A DNA stretch of 53,021 bases from Bacilli bacterium (GTDB lineage Bacteria; Bacillota_I; Bacilli_A; RF39; UBA660): contig JBJEED010000031.1 of NCBI GenBank assembly GCA_051872765.1, forward strand, positions 1 through 53,021. Reading direction: 5' to 3'. The notes below the pieces were generated by a model that was given only the letters and a program-made list of their open reading frames with translations, did not search any database and was not told where the DNA came from. The position numbers were made by a program, and so were the translations under genes. Of this stretch, positions 20,843 through 30,650 are shown in pieces (positions within the stretch are counted from its first letter, which is position 1; each line of letters opens with the position of its first letter).

Positions 20843-21172
20843 AAATTCCTCCTTGAATATTCATTTCTTTTAGCCATTACATTATATCAAAAACCACTAA
20901 ATTGAACAAGTTGTATTGTAAACTAAAACTTTATCAATATTTTAAATAATATAAAATAAGAATTCATTACTAATATATGATAATAATATAATTATTTTCT
21001 TATATAATATTAAAACTATTTAGCATATAAGTAAAATACCATAATAATTTAAATTAATTATTTTTTTATTTTATTTAATATTTATACACTATTAATAATT
21101 GTCTGTAAATCTTTACACTATAATTTTACAATAATTATTATGTATTATATAATTATTATAAGGAGTGTATAT

Positions 21173-21364
21173 ATGAAAACATTAAAATATGGTGATAAAA
21201 TATTAGTTATTGAAGATGATAGTTCAGAAGGTAAAACAGGAATAGCAATTCACAATATTGATAATATAGAAGATACTAAAGTTATTGATACAAATAAAAT
21301 AAAAGATGCATTAGAAGATACTATTACTGACTTAGAATTAAATTTGGAGGAAAAAAATGAATGA
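21173..21364 (+). CDS. Small acidic hypothetical protein
   Basis: SD AGGAG then ATG 21173; TTTACA-17-TATAAT at 21125-21153; overlaps the next ORF. Confidence 0.6.
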   Translation: MKTLKYGDKILVIEDDSSEGKTGIAIHNIDNIEDTKVIDTNKIKDALEDTITDLELNLEEKNE

Positions 21365-22784
21365 GTTACCTAATACATCTATTTATTTAGATTCACCAAG
21401 AATAAATCAAATTAATGATTTTTTAAACATGATGCTTTCTGTTGCCAAAGAAAATAATACAACTTTAACAGCAGATGATGTATATTATTTATTATGTAGG
21501 TTTAATATAAAGAATAATGATCATAATAAACGTCATATGATTGAAAATTTATTTTATAGTTGGATTGATAAATTTAAAGGTAGAAATAATATTAATGTTT
21601 TTAGAGCAGATAACTGGAGATATTTTTGTCAATTTACTAATAAAGCTCATTTAGTTCAAGGAAAAGATATCAAAATGTATATTCCTATTGATTATGATCA
21701 TTTGGATAAAGGAGTTAGCGAATTATTTAATTTTATGTCTTCCTTAAATATGACACATGCATCTAAAGTAGGCCTTGATTTAAGAAATGATAATGTTGTT
21801 GTAAGATTACCAATAAATGATGTGGAAAATGCATATAAAATTATAGAATTTTGTAATAATAACAAATATATCAAATCCGGATTAAATCAAACTAATCCAT
21901 TTGTTCCAAATTATAACAACATAGGATTAATGTATGAAGAAGGATTCTCATATAACTATGAAATGGCTAAAGGAATAGCAACATTTATTAATAGAAATAA
22001 ACATAGAAATAGAGTTACTATTGATGACTTTAATAGAGAATTTGATTATTTATTTAGTAATAATGAATATTATGATAGTATTAAAGCTGCCTATAATGAA
22101 GCAACTGGATTAAGTAAAGGTCAATTTCAAAAAAATGGAAAAGCAGTTTCTATGAATACTAAAGAGTTAAATTATTCTCAGAAAAAAGAAATATTTTTAA
22201 AAACTGTTTCTGCCACATATAATAAATATGGTCCTGAACAAGTTAAATTTGCGATTTTAAGAGCAATAAAAAATAATGATTATGGATATTTTACTTCTGC
22301 TAATCAAAATTTGAGAAATAAACTTAAAAATAATGTTAACAGTCAAGAAATGCATAATATTATTTTTGACATAGTTACAAATAAATTTGGTATAGTAAAT
22401 GGAATCAGTTTAGATGATTTAATAAATAGATTTATATCATTAAGTTTTGAAAATGCTTTAGTAAATAATTTGAATAACATATGCATAGCTACACTTCAAA
22501 AATATGGAGTAGAACAATTAAGAACTGCTTTATATTCTTTTTATCATTTTGGTATTACAAATAGATTTACTAGAAGATCAAATAATCCTAATGATTTAAC
22601 TAATTACCGTGATATGTTAAGTTCATATAATAAGGTTACTTTCATTGATACTATTAAAAATTATCTTAGTTTTTCTGGAATCAATATTGAAAATATGAAA
22701 GAAGATGAACTTATGAACTACTATGCTGATTATTTATATTCTAATATGAGACTTAAAATGGGTGATAATATGTCAAGAAATTAA
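21357..22784 (+). CDS. Hypothetical protein with two C-terminal T.xKYGxxQ repeats
   Basis: 475-aa ORF with SD GGAGG; repeats TYNKYGPEQVKFAI..YFT and TLQKYGVEQLRTAL..RFT. Confidence 0.75.
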   Translation: MNELPNTSIYLDSPRINQINDFLNMMLSVAKENNTTLTADDVYYLLCRFNIKNNDHNKRHMIENLFYSWIDKFKGRNNINVFRADNWRYFCQFTNKAHLVQGKDIKMYIPIDYDHLDKGVSELFNFMSSLNMTHASKVGLDLRNDNVVVRLPINDVENAYKIIEFCNNNKYIKSGLNQTNPFVPNYNNIGLMYEEGFSYNYEMAKGIATFINRNKHRNRVTIDDFNREFDYLFSNNEYYDSIKAAYNEATGLSKGQFQKNGKAVSMNTKELNYSQKKEIFLKTVSATYNKYGPEQVKFAILRAIKNNDYGYFTSANQNLRNKLKNNVNSQEMHNIIFDIVTNKFGIVNGISLDDLINRFISLSFENALVNNLNNICIATLQKYGVEQLRTALYSFYHFGITNRFTRRSNNPNDLTNYRDMLSSYNKVTFIDTIKNYLSFSGINIENMKEDELMNYYADYLYSNMRLKMGDNMSRN

Positions 22785-22838
22785 TATACTTTCTTGACTT
22801 TTTTACTTACGATAACACAAAAAAGAATTAAATCAAAA

Positions 22839-22863
22839 AGACATTAGTTTTTTACTAATGTCT
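22839..22863. terminator. Intrinsic terminator hairpin between convergent genes
   Basis: AGACATTAGT-TTTTT-ACTAATGTCT flanked by A and T tracts. Confidence 0.7.
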
Positions 22864-22951
22864 ACTTTTTTATTGTGAACTATTTAGGGTTCAGTTCACT
22901 TAGATTGTCCACATTTTTTGTTATTGCTTCAAAAAAGTACTTTTTAACTAT

Positions 22952-25900
22952 TTATTTTCTTTTCATAAACTTATTAAGTATTAATCCAAATGCAATTAAT
23001 ATTACCATAGATATTGCATAAAAATAATAATTTATTTTAGGTGACTTTTCTACATTTTCTACTTGTTCATCAATAATTTCTTTTTCTTTTTTAATAATGT
23101 TTATTATGTATACTACTTCTTTACCATCTTGACCTTTAATCTTTAATTCAGATTTAGTATTTTTTATATCTAAATTATCAATAGTCCTTGGTCCATATTC
23201 AGAAACAAATTCATTATTTTTATCACTAAGTACTGCATCAACTACTACTTTATCTACATTATTTTCTATCTCATAATCATAATAATAATTATCATTTTGT
23301 AAAGATATCTTTTCACCATTGATACTTAATTCAGATAAATTATTATCACTTGGTCTATTAACTATTAATTTATATACTCTACTACTTCCACTCTCAGCAA
23401 TAACATCAATATTAATTTCATTTGCTCCATAATTAATTGCTATATCACCTGTACCAGCAATATTTTTAACTCTTTTACTATTAGAAACAGCTTGTATATT
23501 TATATTATCTAATTTAGTAGTAATGCTAAAACTACTATTAGAACCAACGATAATTTCTTTATTATTTATTTTTATACTTTTTAGTGTATTGTCAGTATCA
23601 TATCTTGTAATGCTTAATGTATATATTTTCTTTTCTCCATTATTTGTCACTACTACATTAAAGGTATTCTTTCCAAATTCAAGTTTCTTTTCCCCTGTTC
23701 CATCTACTTTTGATGTAGTTGATACTGCTACTGCACTAATAGTAGTCTTATCTGAATTAACAACTAAATCATAAGTTAATTTTTCAGAATTAAAGTTAAT
23801 CTTTGCTCCTTTTACAGTTAAACTTTTTAACGATGGATTATTATTACTTTCGTTTTTAAGAAATAAAACATATTCATCTACTGAAGCGGAATATTTAATT
23901 GATATTATATATCCATTATTAACTTTTTCTTCTCTGCCTATCTTATTTTTATTATTATCATATAATGTGATAGTACCATTAGTAGTTATTTTATCTGCTA
24001 TACTACCAATAGTAGTTCCAGGTTTAATATCATTAATAATATTATTATATCTATCTACTAATAGTGAACTATCAAATGATATTTCTTTTTCTTCTTTCCA
24101 TATTGCTTTAACACTAGCGCTTTCATTTCCCATTGTAAATATATTATTGTTTACGCTACTTCCTTTTCCACTAACTTCCCATTTTACAAATGTATATCCA
24201 TCTCTTGTAATAGTAGGTAGTGTATATGTATATTCTCTTAATACATCTATAGTAGTACTTCCTGAATAATTTCCACCATTTGGATTTATTGTTAATTTAT
24301 ATTTTACTTCTTTAAATTTTCCATATATTTTATGGTTCGAATGCACTCTAACATTTGTTACTTTTGTTTTATAATCTGGATCTAAATACCAACCGTCAAA
24401 ATCATATCCTTTTTTATAAGGTGTTTGTATTTTTTCTGAATATTTATCATTATATTTTACAACTGTTCCTTTTGCAGGATATCCATCAACATAAGCAGAA
24501 ATACCATATTCTGCATCGTTATATACTTGAGTTGGTCTTAATACTGCAAATAAATTTGATGAAAATAATAAATGCTTTATAACTCTAAAACTACAATAAT
24601 AACTACCACCTGTATTTAAAAGATAATTACCTTCTCCATCAAATTTCTTTGATTCTTTACTGCATGTATCAAGACCATTTTTATTAAAACTAATTAATGT
24701 TGGATATCCATCTTTATCAAATGAAGTTACTAGATAATATTCAAGCTCGCTTGGATTAACTGTTGTTAAACTATAGTTTTGAGCTGTTCCTTCTCTTGAA
24801 TGATCAAAATTATCAATAAATTTATTAGATACAACAATTATATCTCCTATTTCTAAATATCTATTATGAATATATTTAATTCTTTTTTTATTTTCATTCC
24901 CAATTAATTTTTTACCACCATACATTCCATCCACTAGCATATTACTAATTGTATTTGTTTTTTCTTCATCTTTTTTAAAAAACGCACTAAGATTATATGC
25001 AGCACTTGTTCCAGACAAATATTGTGAATAATAACCATTCCAAGAATAAAATAATGAATTTATTATATTTTCACCAGTTAATTCACTTAAATCTATATGA
25101 AAATTGTTATAATAAATATATTTAATAAAATCTAAAGACGAAAAACTAGTTGCAGTATTAATGCTATCTTTACTCGTAATTTGATCCTTATCATTATGCT
25201 TATAATTTTTATTCTTAAATGTATTTATAGTATTCATCAAATTATTAACATCATTAGGATTAATTGTTCTGTTTACATTTAAACTAATTGTATTTAATTT
25301 TAAACTAATTGTATTTAATGAAGAAGATTTGTCATTATCTTTATATGATACTTCGAATTTACCTGCTTCTAATTTACTTGATACCGAACTATCTACAATT
25401 ACATTAAATGTTGGATATCTATCTGTTCCTTCACATGTAATTTCATTACTACTACTAGTTTTACATGTATATTTGCTTGGATATTTAATTATTCTTGTTC
25501 CTTCAGGTGCTGTAAATTTTACTATGAACTTTTTATTTTTAACATTATCATATGCATTTCCAGATGATATCCATTGTCTTTCTTTACTATCATCAGACAC
25601 ACAACCACTTTTATTTTTTGAACTATCAGAACAATAACCATATCCTCTTTTGTCTTCTAAACTTAATCCATAAGTAATAGTATCTCCTACATCTACAGAA
25701 TTATAAATTGATATTCCTCTTCCATCCTTTTTAACATATTGTTCTACTCTAGTTCCTGAAAAAGCAACTCTTGCTTTATCATTTTGAGTAATATTGTTAT
25801 TTGTACAAGTATTAGTATTGCCACAATATACATTAAGCGGTCTTATAATTGTTAAGTTTATTATTCTATTAGTATCACCTTCATTTTTATGTTTATTTTT

Positions 25901-26980
25901 TCTACTATTAAGATAATTTACTATACTACTTTCATATCTAATACTAAAAGAATCATATGAACCATCTACTCCCGTAGCATGAATAATACCCGAATCATTT
26001 GAATTTAAAACATCTTCAACATAAAACATAGCATGACCGGCTGATTTATATTGTATTTTTATTATATCTCCTTTTTGTAATAAATATTTTTCATTACCTT
26101 TAGTAAAATACTCTATAATAGAATTCCATTCATCTAAATATTTATTATAATTATTAGCATCTTTATAAGTTAAATTTTCAAAATTATAATTAAATACTAT
26201 TTCAGATTTATTATCTTTATCAATATATATTCCATCTTTACCTTTTTTAGAATTAATAATATCATATGCTTTTAATTCAGGACCGTCTAAAGCACTAGTA
26301 AACAGGCACTTAGTTCTATCTCCGTTATTTTGTGCTATGCAATTAGAAACTCTCGTTAGTATTCCAGTAGTAGCCCAAGCTCTACCATACTTAGTAATTG
26401 CATCATTAAATGTATCTAGACTACTTATTGCTCTAATTTTATCAGGTTTATAAATAATTTCACCATTTTCAGTAGTTTTAGTAATTTTAGTAGTATTTGC
26501 AGTACCATATAATGAATAAAACTCTGACATATTATATCCTAATACATTACTATATATCAAATAAGTAAATGCAGAGCAAGCAATATTATACATATTAGAA
26601 CGACTAACATCTTCAGGAGAAATATTTAAATTATCATAAAAAGTAGTTGACACTAGAGGATAAAATGATTTCTTAGAAACACAATTTGTGTTCTTTTCAT
26701 AATCTAATACGCAAGAATTATTATTACTAATATCAGGATATTTTACATCAGCATCTAATAAATATTGTTCATAATCTGAATAATAATTATTATAGTAATA
26801 ACTAAGAGCTGCCGAGATAAGCATTTTTTGTAAATCTTGTCTACTATATGTATTTGTTTCTGTTGCAACACTTCTATTAGAAATTAAACTAAAATAAAAT
26901 AATAATATTATAATTATCAATATAATAATTATTATAAAAAAGTATCTAAATTTTGTTATAAAATCTTTAATTTTTTTCAT
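22952..26980 (-). CDS. Large surface protein: papain/NlpC-like N-terminal region, InlB B-type repeats, cadherin-like beta-sandwich repeats, C-terminal TM anchor
   Basis: N- and C-terminal TM helices; KKGYDFDGWY and RDGYTFVKW repeats; three LKSL.V/I..Y.L.I.R modules; CSAFTY..GDII..GHAM. Confidence 0.7.
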   Translation of the reverse strand: MKKIKDFITKFRYFFIIIIILIIIILLFYFSLISNRSVATETNTYSRQDLQKMLISAALSYYYNNYYSDYEQYLLDADVKYPDISNNNSCVLDYEKNTNCVSKKSFYPLVSTTFYDNLNISPEDVSRSNMYNIACSAFTYLIYSNVLGYNMSEFYSLYGTANTTKITKTTENGEIIYKPDKIRAISSLDTFNDAITKYGRAWATTGILTRVSNCIAQNNGDRTKCLFTSALDGPELKAYDIINSKKGKDGIYIDKDNKSEIVFNYNFENLTYKDANNYNKYLDEWNSIIEYFTKGNEKYLLQKGDIIKIQYKSAGHAMFYVEDVLNSNDSGIIHATGVDGSYDSFSIRYESSIVNYLNSRKNKHKNEGDTNRIINLTIIRPLNVYCGNTNTCTNNNITQNDKARVAFSGTRVEQYVKKDGRGISIYNSVDVGDTITYGLSLEDKRGYGYCSDSSKNKSGCVSDDSKERQWISSGNAYDNVKNKKFIVKFTAPEGTRIIKYPSKYTCKTSSSNEITCEGTDRYPTFNVIVDSSVSSKLEAGKFEVSYKDNDKSSSLNTISLKLNTISLNVNRTINPNDVNNLMNTINTFKNKNYKHNDKDQITSKDSINTATSFSSLDFIKYIYYNNFHIDLSELTGENIINSLFYSWNGYYSQYLSGTSAAYNLSAFFKKDEEKTNTISNMLVDGMYGGKKLIGNENKKRIKYIHNRYLEIGDIIVVSNKFIDNFDHSREGTAQNYSLTTVNPSELEYYLVTSFDKDGYPTLISFNKNGLDTCSKESKKFDGEGNYLLNTGGSYYCSFRVIKHLLFSSNLFAVLRPTQVYNDAEYGISAYVDGYPAKGTVVKYNDKYSEKIQTPYKKGYDFDGWYLDPDYKTKVTNVRVHSNHKIYGKFKEVKYKLTINPNGGNYSGSTTIDVLREYTYTLPTITRDGYTFVKWEVSGKGSSVNNNIFTMGNESASVKAIWKEEKEISFDSSLLVDRYNNIINDIKPGTTIGSIADKITTNGTITLYDNNKNKIGREEKVNNGYIISIKYSASVDEYVLFLKNESNNNPSLKSLTVKGAKINFNSEKLTYDLVVNSDKTTISAVAVSTTSKVDGTGEKKLEFGKNTFNVVVTNNGEKKIYTLSITRYDTDNTLKSIKINNKEIIVGSNSSFSITTKLDNINIQAVSNSKRVKNIAGTGDIAINYGANEINIDVIAESGSSRVYKLIVNRPSDNNLSELSINGEKISLQNDNYYYDYEIENNVDKVVVDAVLSDKNNEFVSEYGPRTIDNLDIKNTKSELKIKGQDGKEVVYIINIIKKEKEIIDEQVENVEKSPKINYYFYAISMVILIAFGLILNKFMKRK

Positions 26981-27066
26981 AGTTACTGTACCTCGATCTT
27001 ATTTATTCTTTTTTTATAATTTTTTGTATGTTACAAACATTATTATTACTAACTAATCATATTTTA

Positions 27067-27453
27067 CTACTTATCAACTTCTTTTGTTCTAAGTTTATAA
27101 ATTGATATTGGGTATAATTCTAATGTTTCTTCTTTTTTATCATATAAAATATTTTCTGAAATAGCTACTAAATGATAATAATCTTTCTTATCCCAACAAA
27201 AAATACTATATGTCAAATTATCAAGATTTAAATCTTTAATTTTTACATCATTTAAACAATCATATTTTTCAAACCCTAATTGTTCTAAATATTTTTCAAA
27301 TACTTCAATATCAGAATAATCATTTTTATTCATTTGTTTTGCTAAATCCTTTAACTCGGTCTCTATTATTGTACCATTTTTACCTGTTATTTTTGAAAAA
27401 GACCTCAATATACAATTGCTTGCTTCTTTTGGATTATAAAAATTAAATTTCAT
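27067..27453 (-). CDS. Hypothetical protein (CxxR..H..D pattern)
   Basis: YNP..NCILRSFS..HLVAI..LYD; likely start at MKFNF. Confidence 0.6.
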   Translation of the reverse strand: MKFNFYNPKEASNCILRSFSKITGKNGTIIETELKDLAKQMNKNDYSDIEVFEKYLEQLGFEKYDCLNDVKIKDLNLDNLTYSIFCWDKKDYYHLVAISENILYDKKEETLELYPISIYKLRTKEVDK

Positions 27454-27572
27454 ATTATCACATCCTAACATAATATTAAAAAAGACTATAAATTGATTAT
27501 TGTAACTTTATTTTACTTTATATTACTTTTTGCATTTTTTGTAATTAACAATATTTTTTAAAATTGTTAAAT

Positions 27573-28418
27573 TTATGATGAAAAAACATAAGAAAAATCT
27601 GGAATTTCAAATAATCCTAAATATTTTATAACAGATCTAGAATAATTATTATTAGGATCTTTATCAAAATGATGAATTACTTGTGGAAACTCTAACCCCC
27701 AATCATTAAAGTTTTTTACTGCATCATTAATAATTTTAGTACTAGTTTCTTCATTTATATTTTGATACACTAATGATTTTTTATTTCCAATTTTAAAATC
27801 ATTAAATCCCATTTCTTCTAATACATTTTCTAAACTCTTATTAGTTACAAAAGAATTTTTTACTGAACTAAATTGAAACCAACCATAATCATTAAAATTA
27901 AAAAATGATTTATAAAAACTTCTTTCATTTGAGTTTTTCTTTCCTAACTCCATATAGTCTACCCCATTTTTATAATTATCACCAATATGTTCCACAGCAT
28001 AATTAACTATACTTTCTAGTTCTTGAACTTTTTCTTCTTCTCCATAATATTTCCAATATGCAACTGCAAAGTCATTTACCAATTGTTCCTCTTCTACAAC
28101 ACTAATATCAATACCATCATTATAATACATTAGTCCATGCCCTAACTCGTGAATAACATTATACCATTGGAAATATAATCTAAATCTTTCTTCTGTATTT
28201 TCCTTTCCCATTGCAGTTTCTACATTTTGTTGATTTTCTTTTGTACTTTGATTATATAATCCGGTAGTTACTAAATAGTATCGTGGTGATAAAGCATATA
28301 TTATAATTAATATAGCAATTATAATTATAGAAATTAATGCATCTTTAGTTATTTTAATTTTTCCAATTTCAAAAAACTTACTTTTTTTTGATTCTTTATA
28401 ATTTACTTTTTTACTCAT
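27573..28418 (-). CDS. Membrane-anchored HExxH putative metallopeptidase
   Basis: N-terminal TM helix; VIHELGHGL followed by EE..VNDFA. Confidence 0.6.
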   Translation of the reverse strand: MSKKVNYKESKKSKFFEIGKIKITKDALISIIIIAILIIIYALSPRYYLVTTGLYNQSTKENQQNVETAMGKENTEERFRLYFQWYNVIHELGHGLMYYNDGIDISVVEEEQLVNDFAVAYWKYYGEEEKVQELESIVNYAVEHIGDNYKNGVDYMELGKKNSNERSFYKSFFNFNDYGWFQFSSVKNSFVTNKSLENVLEEMGFNDFKIGNKKSLVYQNINEETSTKIINDAVKNFNDWGLEFPQVIHHFDKDPNNNYSRSVIKYLGLFEIPDFSYVFSS

Positions 28419-28532
28419 TATTTACCTCTACTATATTCATATCAAATATCAAAATTACAATTAATAATTTTTTATATTATTTAAAATATATTATAATCAA
28501 TTCCTTTGCAATTTTATTTTATGTATCTACTT

Positions 28533-30392
28533 TTAATTTATATTCCATTTTAATTTTGCATAATTCCAATTATGTTTTACTGCATCTGAACTAAGTTCAG
28601 TATTATATAATGCTAAATCATATAACTTTCCTGTAAATTTTAGTCCTCTTGTTGGTCTTAAATCCCCAATTGTTGCCATTTTATAATCAACTGGATTTTT
28701 TCCTGAACTAAATGATTTAAGAAGTTCTCCATTTATATAAACTTTTGTGCTACCCCCTCTTTTAGCTGTTACTTGTATATTCATTTTCTTTCCTTCATAT
28801 TTACTAATATTAAATGATATAAAACCTTGATTAGTAAGTTCATAATTTAAATTTCCATATGATTCTCCCTGATAATAAGAATATACATGCATATAATTTT
28901 TATAAAAGCCAATCCATGAGAGATATTTCATATTTTCTTGTGAAATAGCTATTATAGTTGCGGGAAATGACTTTCCAGGTTCTCCCTCTTGACTAACTGA
29001 ACCATCAACCGTCAGATATACTGAATAAGTATCTTTTACACTCATTGATTGAGCAATGTCTAATACAAGTGTTTCTTTTCCTACTCCAAGATAAAGTCCT
29101 TCTCCTGATGTATCATATTCTAATTTTTTATCACCAAAACATTCTGTATAAGAACAATAGCCTGTTCCATGTTGATTATCATAAGATGAATCGATAGGTT
29201 TAAAATCTCCATAATTTGTTAATGATGAATTTTCTTTTGATGAAATTGTAATATTACCATTATTATATACACCCGGATTTATAAATACATCAAAATCAAA
29301 GTATATTTTTTGAATATTCGTTTTTGATGCAAAATCCATTGTAAATTCATTTGTGCTATTATTGTAAAAATATATTCCTCCATTCAAGTATCCCTGATAT
29401 TTTTCTAACTCTGTCCCTTCTATTATTATTGGTGTATACACTTTTTCATTGATATTATTTTCCTTCATTTTAAGTTCATCTCTAAATATATTTTTGAACT
29501 TATATGTTGAATTACTATTATTTTTTACATAAACATTTAATGTCCCAACTGATGTATTTTTAGGAATAAATATCCCCGTTTGATTAAATGCTATTTTGGC
29601 ATTAGTTGATGATATAGCGTTTGTTATTATCATATCTGGATTTACTTTTGTAAATTTTATTTTATTTGAATATGGATATTTTACAATTATATCTTCATTA
29701 TTTAAATCCATTCCTAAATTTACTTCTGTATCTATTTTTAAACTATTTTTTTCATTCTCTTTTAATGTATTTATTGTTTCTTGTGACAAATACACAAATT
29801 CTATATTATCTTCTGTTTTTGGTTTTATAGTAAATTCTTTTAACACTATTCCTTTATATGACGCTATAACTTTTATATCATTTTCACTCATGTTTGTCAT
29901 TATAATTGGTACTGCATTTGTTGAATCATATATTTCATATTCTGTATCATATACAAATATTTGTCCTGTTGATACATTATCTTTTATATAGTCCATTTTT
30001 ATTATTGGATTATCTTCTTCTAAATCTACAACTACTCCACTTGATGTTCCATCACCTTTGTATTGATAATAAAATTGTCCATCTGTTACCTCTAGATACT
30101 TTATTGTTCCATCTGAATTCATTTCAGCATAGTATTCTAATTCTTTACCTACCATGTCCAGTTTATTTTCTCCAAATGATGAATATATTTCTGGAATATT
30201 TTGCCCATTTAATTGATACTTATATGTTTCCTTTTCTAATTCTGTTTTTACTATTTCTACTTCACTATTAAATGTTCTTTCTTTTGATTGATTATATAAT
30301 TTTATTATATTTGGCAATGTTATTATAACTAACAATGCTAAAATTGATATTACTGCTAATAATTCTACAAGAGTAAATCCATTTTTCTTCAT
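28533..30392 (-). CDS. Large type IV pilin-like protein with C-terminal LamG/ConA-like domain
   Basis: Prepilin motif KKNG/FTLVELLAVISILALL; C-terminal KVYINGEL..TIG..FTGKLYDLALYNTELS; start at ATG 30392 after SD AGGTGG. Confidence 0.85.
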   Translation of the reverse strand: MKKNGFTLVELLAVISILALLVIITLPNIIKLYNQSKERTFNSEVEIVKTELEKETYKYQLNGQNIPEIYSSFGENKLDMVGKELEYYAEMNSDGTIKYLEVTDGQFYYQYKGDGTSSGVVVDLEEDNPIIKMDYIKDNVSTGQIFVYDTEYEIYDSTNAVPIIMTNMSENDIKVIASYKGIVLKEFTIKPKTEDNIEFVYLSQETINTLKENEKNSLKIDTEVNLGMDLNNEDIIVKYPYSNKIKFTKVNPDMIITNAISSTNAKIAFNQTGIFIPKNTSVGTLNVYVKNNSNSTYKFKNIFRDELKMKENNINEKVYTPIIIEGTELEKYQGYLNGGIYFYNNSTNEFTMDFASKTNIQKIYFDFDVFINPGVYNNGNITISSKENSSLTNYGDFKPIDSSYDNQHGTGYCSYTECFGDKKLEYDTSGEGLYLGVGKETLVLDIAQSMSVKDTYSVYLTVDGSVSQEGEPGKSFPATIIAISQENMKYLSWIGFYKNYMHVYSYYQGESYGNLNYELTNQGFISFNISKYEGKKMNIQVTAKRGGSTKVYINGELLKSFSSGKNPVDYKMATIGDLRPTRGLKFTGKLYDLALYNTELSSDAVKHNWNYAKLKWNIN

Positions 30393-30614
30393 ATATTCCA
30401 CCTATTTTAATTCTACATTATTTTAATTTTTATATCAACAAAAATTCACGAATTAGTTTTTTAAATATCTTATTTTTTAAATCAATTATTTTTTCTAATT
30501 ATATTCAAAATTTGCTTGTCTTATTGAAATAGTATAGTTTGCTAATTTACATGTATAAATAAAACTCTTTTTATAGACACTATAGTTCAAATATCACTTG
30601 ATTTTGTAAAAACA

Positions 30615-30639
30615 AAAGACTAGATTTTCTCTAGTCTTT
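30615..30639 (-). terminator. Intrinsic terminator of ppdK
   Basis: AAAGACTAGA-TTTTC-TCTAGTCTTT followed by T-rich tract on the minus strand. Confidence 0.8.
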
Positions 30640-30650
30640 ATATTCCATTA

